From the NCBI GenBank assembly GCA_965223845.1, contig CBDCXR010000004.1, positions 640,001-704,000 of the forward strand: a stretch of DNA of 64,000 nt. Direction: 5' to 3'. Below, piece after piece: positions 57,288 to 64,000 of this stretch. A model generated the notes under the pieces. It made no database searches, was not told where the DNA came from, and was given only the letters and a program-made list of their open reading frames with translations. This DNA comes from Planctomycetota bacterium (GTDB taxonomy: Bacteria; Planctomycetota; UBA8108; SXIK01). Both the position numbers and the translations under genes were made by a program. Position 1 is the first letter of the stretch. Each line of letters opens with the position of its first letter.

Positions 57288-57683
57288 TCAGTGCTCGTGC
57301 TCTTCGGTTTCGATGTGGGCGGCGTACTCCGCCGCGCTGAGAAGGTGCTCGCGCCCGTCGGCGCCGGAGAGGCGGACTTTGATCAACCACCCGTCGTTGA
57401 ACGGAGATGACGCGATGGGGCCGACATCGTCGGCGAGACCGTCGTTCACCTCGACCACCTCGCCGCCGAGCGGGGCGTAGAGATCGCTCACGGTCTTCGT
57501 CGATTCGATCTCGCCGAAGCGTTCGCCGGTCTTCACCGAGGACCCGCTCTCCGGGAGCTCGACGAAGGTCAAGTCGCCGAGTTGATCGACGGCGTGATCG
57601 GTGATGCCGATGGCGGCGGTGTCGCCATCGATCCGGATCCACTCGTGCGTCTTCGTGTACAGCGCGTCGTCGGGTCCGGGCAT
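57288..57683 (-). CDS. gcvH: Glycine cleavage system H protein
   Basis: YTKTHEW, IGITDHA..LGD, lipoyl-lysine motif IESTKTVSDLYAP. Confidence 0.96.
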   Translation of the reverse strand: MPGPDDALYTKTHEWIRIDGDTAAIGITDHAVDQLGDLTFVELPESGSSVKTGERFGEIESTKTVSDLYAPLGGEVVEVNDGLADDVGPIASSPFNDGWLIKVRLSGADGREHLLSAAEYAAHIETEEHEH

Positions 57684-57885
57684 GGTGCTCCTCGAAACTC
57701 TCTTCGAACGTCTCGGCCGAGCTCAACGAGGATTCTCGGTGAACCGGGCAGCGAAACTGGGAACTTCAAGCGGAGTCGCGCCGGAAGGGGGCTCCTCGCC
57801 GGTCGCTCGACTCTCTTTAGTCCAAGTTTCGATCGAATGCAACAGGACGAAGCCCGAGAAACTGCGCCGGCGGCGGATTCGCGAG

Positions 57886-58995
57886 TCAGGCCTTCGTCTT
57901 CGCCTTCCGCACGCGCGAGAAGAAGGGGACCGGGTGCCGTTCGAGCCGCGCGTTCCGGCCGCGAATGTCGACGGAGAGCTCCGCGTCCTCCGGAACGTCC
58001 GCGTTCAGGTAGCCGAGTGCGATCGGATACCCGAGCGTCGGTGATGGCGCGCCGCTCGTCACGCGGCCGACTTCCCCGTCGCGGTGGACAATCGACATGC
58101 CCGCGCGGGCGGCCCGGCGGCCGTCGACCCGGAACCCGGCGAGACGACGCGGAACCCCCGCGCGCTTTTGCTCTAGGAGCGCCTCGCGTCCGATGAACTC
58201 GGCGGCTTTGTCGAACTTGACCGCGAAGTCGAGGCCGGCTTCGAGCGGAGTCGTCGTCCCGTCGATGTCGTTGCCGCAGAGCGGCATGCCGGCTTCGAGC
58301 CGGAGGGTGTCGCGCGCACCGAGCCCGATAGGTGCGATGCGTTCGCCGCCCGCGTCGAGGAGAGCCTGCCAGAGGCGTTCGGCGTGCTTCGCATCGACGT
58401 AGAGCTCGTAGCCGTTTTCGCCCGTGTACCCCGTCCGAGCGACGAATGCGCGATCACCGAACACGCGCGCCTCCGTAATCGAGTAGTACTTGAGCTCGTC
58501 CCACGGGGTCGTCGGCGCGAGAGCCACCTCGGCCGTGATGCGCTGAGCTTCCGGGCCTTGAACGGCGACCATCGCCCAGTCGTCGCTCCGGTCGATCCGC
58601 TCCGCCGCTCGATCTTCGCGGTGCCGGTCGAGCCACTCGAGCACGGCGTCCCGATTGGACGCGTTGACGACGAGGAGCGTGAGGTCGGGAAGGCGGTACA
58701 CGATCGCATCATCGAGGACCGTTCCGTCTTCGTTCAGGATCAGCGTGTAGCGCGCCCGGCCGTGGGCAATCGCCCGAAAGTCGTTCGTGATCACGCGATC
58801 GAGCCAGTCGCCGTGCTCGTCGCCGCGGAGCTCGATCCGGCCCATGTGACAGAGATCGAAGAGGCCGGCCGACTCTCTCACGCGCCGGTGCTCGTCGGGG
58901 ATGCTCCCGTACCGAACCGGCATCTCCCAGCCGTGGAATTCGATCATGACCGCGCCGAGGCGCAGGTGCTCGGAGTGGAGCGGTGTGCGATTCAT
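57886..58995 (-). CDS. gcvT: Glycine cleavage system T protein (aminomethyltransferase)
   Basis: RTPLH, F-x-GWEMP, GLFD..HMG, RTGYTGENGYE, GLGARDTLRLEAG; start reassigned to ATG 58995. Confidence 0.96.
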   Translation of the reverse strand: MNRTPLHSEHLRLGAVMIEFHGWEMPVRYGSIPDEHRRVRESAGLFDLCHMGRIELRGDEHGDWLDRVITNDFRAIAHGRARYTLILNEDGTVLDDAIVYRLPDLTLLVVNASNRDAVLEWLDRHREDRAAERIDRSDDWAMVAVQGPEAQRITAEVALAPTTPWDELKYYSITEARVFGDRAFVARTGYTGENGYELYVDAKHAERLWQALLDAGGERIAPIGLGARDTLRLEAGMPLCGNDIDGTTTPLEAGLDFAVKFDKAAEFIGREALLEQKRAGVPRRLAGFRVDGRRAARAGMSIVHRDGEVGRVTSGAPSPTLGYPIALGYLNADVPEDAELSVDIRGRNARLERHPVPFFSRVRKAKTKA

Positions 58996-59136
58996 GCGGG
59001 AGACGATACTGGAAGCTCGGTCAGTTTCAAGCCGTGCGTCCGCGCCGGGCGAGGATCGTCTCAACACGACGCGAGGCGTTCCCAGGTCACCTGGAAACGC
59101 CTCGCGTGCGAATGGTCGAGAACGGCGAAGGTTCGA

Positions 59137-61224
59137 CTAGAACCCGAAGCCTTCCTTCGGATCGGTGATCGGCTTCTTCTCGCCGTCGCCGTCACCCGAA
59201 TCCTCCGGATCCTTCTCGCCGCTCTTCTTCCCGGTGATCGTCGACCCGGTTTTCTTCTTCCCGGTCTGACGGCGCAGCATCTTCACCGCCGTCGGCTTAT
59301 CGAGGATTCCCGCGATCCTGAGTCCCTTGAACGTGAACTTCGACCGGCTCCACTTGAACCCGACGAGCCCGCCCGTCTGGAACGGCTTCTCGCTCACGTA
59401 TTCGTTCTTCTTCTCGTCGAATCCGCGGTCGTAGACGCACGTCATTTTCGCCGAGCTCATCAAGTCTTCGATCGTCGGGTCGGGATTGTCGATCGCCGCG
59501 CCCGGCATCGCGTACTCGACGAGCATCTTGACGTCCTTCGTCTTGTTGAACCAGTAGTTCGCGCTCCGTCCCTTGAACTCGTCGAATTCGAGCAGTGACT
59601 TCGGCCGGCCGCCGCCGACGGAGTACCGCCAGTGGATCCACTCCGTCATGTAGGAATTCCGCTTCTCCGGGTCGTACATCACGATGCAGTTGAACGAGCC
59701 GTTCGCGTCCATGGTCTGGATTGCCATGTCCCACTCGACCCGCACGCGGTACTTGAACGGAACCGGAATGTAGAACACGCCCTTCGTGTTGCCCTGGAAT
59801 GACTGCGATTCACCGGCATCCGGCGTGAGTGGGTTCTGAAACTGAAGGTACTTCTTGTCCCGGAGATTCTTGATGACTCTCTTCGTGAGTCGATGCGAGC
59901 CCAGGTCGGCGAGCATCCGCCCGCCGTTCGTGTAGTCGATGAACGCGATTCCGCTGTCGGGATCGTAGTGGAGCTCCTTACTGAGAAGCTGGTAGTGCTC
60001 GCGGAGGAATTCCTCGTCCTCGGCGTCGAGCTCCTGCGGATAGCGCGTCGCCTCGAATTCACCGGCGAGCGTCGTCATCTGCGCCGCCGCCGCTTGGCGC
60101 CTCATGTCGGCTTCGATGTCTCCCGAGCTTCCGCCGGCCGGCGGGACGTAGGTCCCCGAGCCCGGTCGGCCGCCGAGTTTCGCGATCGCGCTCGCCTTTT
60201 CGGTGGCGATCTTCTCCGCGGACGCGAGGCGCTGTTTCTCCATCTCCTTTTCGTGTTCGAGCATGCGCTCGCGCTCTTTCGCCGCCTGCGCCATGAACGC
60301 GGCCATCTCCGCCTTGCTCACCGTGTTCTCGAGCGCGCGAATGTACGCGGCGGCCGCCTGCTGGTAGGTCGTCACGGCGGCGTCGAAGTTGCCTTCCTCG
60401 AAGTGGGAGGCGGCATCGCGCTCGACTTGGCCGGCCGCGAGCCAATCGCTCAGCGCCTTCGAATTCGCACCGGAATCCTCGGCCTGCTTCTTGTAGAGAG
60501 TCATCGTCGCCTGCTCGGCGAGCGCGCGCTTCTTCGTCTTCGCGGCCTCTCCGGCGAATTCCACGGCGTCGGCGAAGAGCATCTTCGCGTTCTCGAGCTC
60601 TGACTCGATCTCTTCGATCGTCTCCGGCGTCGCGTCGGCGAGCTCCTTCTGCGCGGCCTCAAACGTGGAGACGGCGTCCTCGTAGTCGACCTCCGCCGTC
60701 TCGGGCGCTCCCGCCTCTTCGGCCTTCGTCTTCTCCTCTTCGATCTTCGCGATGAGCGCTTTCGCGCTCTTCAGCTTTTTCTCGTAATCGGCGTAATCCT
60801 TGAGGAGACGCTCGAGGTCCCGCTCGGCGCGCTCGAAGGCAGTCCTCGCCTTCTTCGTTTCGTCCTCGTCGAGGTAGTTCTCGCCGCGCGTCTGCTGCTT
60901 CCGAGCGGCGCGGTAGTCGTCGGCAAACGCCTTGCTCGCCCCGATCTTCTTTGCCCGCGCGACGAGCTGCTCGACCGTCTCCTGGATCGCGAGCTCGTTC
61001 GAATCGCGGGATTTCGATTCCTTCTTTTTCCGCGAGCTCGACGAGCCGCTCTTCTTCTTGCTCGACTTTTTCTTTCGGCTCGAGCTCGCCTTCTTCGGTT
61101 CCTCCTCGGGCTCGCTGCTACACGATACGAGCGCCGGAACTGCGATCAGCGAGAGAGCGACGAGGACGCAGAACGCGCGCAGGCTCGCGAGAGCACGGCG
61201 TTCGAATGGAGACTTGGAATACAC
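59137..61224 (-). CDS. Hypothetical lipoprotein: Lys/Ser-rich linker, long helical/coiled-coil region, C-terminal beta-rich domain
   Basis: Lipobox-like LVSC after a hydrophobic segment; E/K/A-rich helices; aromatic-rich C-terminal region. Confidence 0.75.
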   Translation of the reverse strand: MYSKSPFERRALASLRAFCVLVALSLIAVPALVSCSSEPEEEPKKASSSRKKKSSKKKSGSSSSRKKKESKSRDSNELAIQETVEQLVARAKKIGASKAFADDYRAARKQQTRGENYLDEDETKKARTAFERAERDLERLLKDYADYEKKLKSAKALIAKIEEEKTKAEEAGAPETAEVDYEDAVSTFEAAQKELADATPETIEEIESELENAKMLFADAVEFAGEAAKTKKRALAEQATMTLYKKQAEDSGANSKALSDWLAAGQVERDAASHFEEGNFDAAVTTYQQAAAAYIRALENTVSKAEMAAFMAQAAKERERMLEHEKEMEKQRLASAEKIATEKASAIAKLGGRPGSGTYVPPAGGSSGDIEADMRRQAAAAQMTTLAGEFEATRYPQELDAEDEEFLREHYQLLSKELHYDPDSGIAFIDYTNGGRMLADLGSHRLTKRVIKNLRDKKYLQFQNPLTPDAGESQSFQGNTKGVFYIPVPFKYRVRVEWDMAIQTMDANGSFNCIVMYDPEKRNSYMTEWIHWRYSVGGGRPKSLLEFDEFKGRSANYWFNKTKDVKMLVEYAMPGAAIDNPDPTIEDLMSSAKMTCVYDRGFDEKKNEYVSEKPFQTGGLVGFKWSRSKFTFKGLRIAGILDKPTAVKMLRRQTGKKKTGSTITGKKSGEKDPEDSGDGDGEKKPITDPKEGFGF

Positions 61225-61653
61225 TGGCCTCTCCTCCAGGGCAGAGAGCTTCGGGGCCGAGGGAGCTCGGGACGCGCGGGAAGCGCGGGGGGCGGGACGG
61301 GCCGCCGTGGTCGGCTAACGAGACCGAACCTACGAGCTCGAATTGTGAACAAAGACGGGGACCGGTCGGGCGCTGTTTGACTCGGGGAGCGTTTCCGGAC
61401 CAGTCGGACTCCGACCGCGTCGCGACCGCGAGCACCGCGGTATTCGCCCGCGGCGACCCTAACGACACCCAGAGAGCGCTCCGAGCGGAGGGTGCACGAG
61501 GCGGCGCTCCGAGGAAAAGCGGAGCTCCAGCTCGAGCGCCGATCGACCGATGCGAGACCCAACGGATGCCGGAGTCGAGACGTAACCCGTGGCGGGTACG
61601 ATGGTCCGAGTCTCGACCATTTTACTTCCGGCCCTAGGGAGGGGAAGGGCAAA

Positions 61654-62694
61654 TCAGCTGCGCGAGGGGCCGCCCGGCATGTCGACGCCGCTCCCGAGCG
61701 GCGACTCGGCGAGCGATTCCTCGATCGATTCGCTGAATCGGCCCATGGCTTTCAGCTTCTCGTACCGGCTCGCGGCCAGCTCGCTCCCGGACATCGCGGC
61801 CAGGACATCGATATGCCGGAGGACGCTCTCCTTCACCGCCCGCGCGGCGGCGCCGTGGTCTCGGTGCGCCCCGCCGAGCGGCTCGGGGATCACCTCGTCG
61901 CAGATCTCGAATCGCTCGAGATCCTGCGCGGTGAGCTTGAGGATCTCCGAGGCCTTCTCCTTGTAATCCGCGCTCTTCCACAGAATCGCGGCGCAGCCTT
62001 CCGGGCTGATCACCGAGTAGTACGAGTGTTCGAGCATGAGGATGCGGTCCGCGACCCCGATCCCGAGTGCCCCGCCGCTGCCCCCTTCGCCGATGACGAC
62101 GGAGATCACCGGTACGCGAAGCGCCGCCATCGCCATCAAGTTCTCCGCGATGACGAACGCCTGGCCGCGCTCTTCAGCGCCGACACCGGGATAGGCGCCC
62201 GGCGTGTTGATGAACGTGAGAATGGGTACCCCGAACTTCTCGGCGAGACGCATCTTGTGGCGTGCCTTGCGGTACCCCTCCGGGTGGGGGCAGCCGAAGT
62301 TGCACGCCATTTTCTCGGCGGTGTCTTTTCCCTTTCTCTGCCCGATCACGCAGATCCGCCGGCCGTCGATGCGCCCGAAGCCCGTCACGATCGCCGGATC
62401 GTCGCGAAACCCGCGGTCTCCGTAGAGCTCGACGAAATCGTCCACGATGAGCTGGATGTAGTCGCTCGTCAGCGGTCGTTTCGGGTGGCGGGCCGTGAGC
62501 ACCTTCTGCCACGGGGTGAGCTTCGAGAAAATCGCGCGTTTGCGCTCGTCGCAGCGCTCGACGAGCTGCGTGATTTGATCGGAGAGGTCGACTTGGGTGC
62601 TCTGAGAGAAGTTCCGGAGCTCCTCGATCTTCCGCTCGAGCTCGAGGATCGGCGCCTCGAATTCGAGTCCCTCTCGATAATTCGCTCCGGCCAT
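61654..62694 (-). CDS. accA: Acetyl-CoA carboxylase carboxyltransferase alpha subunit
   Basis: LEFEAPI, ARHPKRP, PEGYRKA, TPGAYPG, GEGGSGGAL, YSVISPEGCAAILW; ATG 62694. Confidence 0.97.
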   Translation of the reverse strand: MAGANYREGLEFEAPILELERKIEELRNFSQSTQVDLSDQITQLVERCDERKRAIFSKLTPWQKVLTARHPKRPLTSDYIQLIVDDFVELYGDRGFRDDPAIVTGFGRIDGRRICVIGQRKGKDTAEKMACNFGCPHPEGYRKARHKMRLAEKFGVPILTFINTPGAYPGVGAEERGQAFVIAENLMAMAALRVPVISVVIGEGGSGGALGIGVADRILMLEHSYYSVISPEGCAAILWKSADYKEKASEILKLTAQDLERFEICDEVIPEPLGGAHRDHGAAARAVKESVLRHIDVLAAMSGSELAASRYEKLKAMGRFSESIEESLAESPLGSGVDMPGGPSRS

Positions 62695-62993
62695 GTGATC
62701 TCCTCCGGCGCGCGCTCGTCCCGGCGGCGTTCGGTCGTCTCTCTCTCGCACGCGTTCCGCGGCCTGTCCGCGGTGCCCTCAGTAGAGCCCTCGCGCCCCC
62801 TCGGATGCAAGCGCTTCGCGACGGGGCGGCGTGCGGTATGAGCTCCCGTTATGTCGAGTGATGCGATTCGCATTGGTGTCGTCTCGGCTTCTCGGCATCA
62901 TCGCAGCCGCGTCGCCGGATCGCGTGAAGAGCCGGACCGGCTCGATCGCAGCGACCGTCTTCGAAACTCAGACGTGCGTGAGGCTCCCCGAAA

Positions 62994-64000
62994 ATGTCGC
63001 TCGATTACTGGGAAGTCGAGGTCCGCTGGAAAGATCCGACCCTCGACCCTCGCCGCGAGGATTGTCTCGCCCGCATCGCGGATCTCTCGCGCGGCGCGGA
63101 GGACTCGCTCCCTCCGGGTCTCGCCGACGTGGACATCGCGGACGTCTACTGCCTCCGCGGGGGCGATCTAGGGGAAGCCGACGTCGAGAAGATCTCGCGT
63201 GCGATCCTGGCCGATCCCGTGACGCAGACGATCTCGATTTCGCCGCCCGGTCGCGGGCGAGCGGGAGGATCGGGCTCGGCCATCGCGACGCGCCTTCAGA
63301 AGCCCGGCGTGATGGATCCCGTCGAGGCCTCCTTCCTCCAGGGCCTCCGCGATCTCGGGTACTCGGGCGTCGAGGTGCGAACGGGAGAACGCCACCGCTT
63401 CGCCGGCGCGCTCACGTCCGATCACCGCTCGCTCGTCGCCGAAAAGGTTCTCGCAAATCCGGTGATCGAGGACGTGTTTTGGGACGGCGACGGCGCGCCG
63501 ACTCCGTTTCGGACCGCGGCACCGTACGAGTTTCGTTACGGCGAGGTTCGTCTCGAAGGGAAGACGGACGAAGAGCTCGAGGCGCTGTCGCGCGATCTCG
63601 GGCTCTCGCTGAGCCGCCGTGAGATGATCGCGATCCGCGATCACTACCGGGGCGCGGGTCGGGCTCCCTCCGACGCCGAGCTCGAGACGATTGCTCAGAC
63701 GTGGAGCGAGCACTGCTGCCACAAGACCCTCACCGGGCGCATCGAGCACGTCTCCGACGCGTTTCCCGATGGCGTGACGTTCGAGAATCTCCTCAAGGAG
63801 ACGATCGTCAAGGCGACCGAGACGATCGACGCACCGTGGTGTCTCTCGGTGTTCAAGGACAACGCCGGCGTGATCGCGTTCGATGACGAGTACGGGATCT
63901 CGTTCAAGGTCGAGACGCACAACCACCCTTCGGCGATCGAGCCTTACGGCGGCGCCGGTACGGGGATCGGAGGTGTCCTCCGCGATACCCTCGGAACGGG
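62994..64000 (+). CDS. purL: Phosphoribosylformylglycinamidine synthase PurL with N-terminal PurS-like extension (3' truncated; absent from the ORF track)
   Basis: Manual translation from ATG 62994: LADPV, KPGVMDP, LANPVIE, AELETIAQTWSEHCCHKT, FKDNAGV, KVETHNHPSAIEPYGGAGTGIGGVLRD. Confidence 0.95.
   Translation, partial: MSLDYWEVEVRWKDPTLDPRREDCLARIADLSRGAEDSLPPGLADVDIADVYCLRGGDLGEADVEKISRAILADPVTQTISISPPGRGRAGGSGSAIATRLQKPGVMDPVEASFLQGLRDLGYSGVEVRTGERHRFAGALTSDHRSLVAEKVLANPVIEDVFWDGDGAPTPFRTAAPYEFRYGEVRLEGKTDEELEALSRDLGLSLSRREMIAIRDHYRGAGRAPSDAELETIAQTWSEHCCHKTLTGRIEHVSDAFPDGVTFENLLKETIVKATETIDAPWCLSVFKDNAGVIAFDDEYGISFKVETHNHPSAIEPYGGAGTGIGGVLRDTLGT

Noticed and set aside
57684-59136. Glycine riboswitch at the gcv operon
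   Set aside because: No GGAGA...CCGAAG...CTCAGG aptamer pattern found upstream of gcvT or gcvH by eye.

Overview
GC-rich bacterial chromosome segment, most consistent with an uncultured Planctomycetota lineage (inferred from the RpoN box variant SRRTVTKYRE, planctomycete-style C-terminal dockerin-like domains, PurS-PurL fusion and a Rieske/cyt b cluster with a giant multiheme cytochrome). In order: the 3' end of rpoN; a GldA/F/G-like ABC operon with a DUF4340 protein; an 8.9-20.4 kb cluster of secreted proteins with four dockerin-like and three cohesin-like modules (metalloprotease, beta-propeller, two-cohesin mini-scaffold, large multi-lectin protein); a UvrD helicase, citrate synthase, an aminotransferase and a catalytically degenerate P1B-ATPase homolog; an ~18 kb respiratory cluster (HEAT protein, Rieske, split cyt b, 8-heme cyt c, HemG/Y, cupredoxin-motif lipoprotein, A2-type oxidase and assembly genes); a GT87-like glycosyltransferase; three tandem near-identical secreted vWA genes; def, ribF, gcvT-H-PA-PB, an orphan lipoprotein, accA and the 5' part of purL. 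I could not support any rRNA, tRNA, CRISPR array, transposase, integrase or reverse transcriptase. Best novelty candidates: the non-cellulolytic cohesin-dockerin assembly, the vWA triplet, the dead P-type ATPase, and the repeated-motif N-terminal tail on the octaheme cytochrome. All domain calls come from reading motifs by eye; no searches were run.
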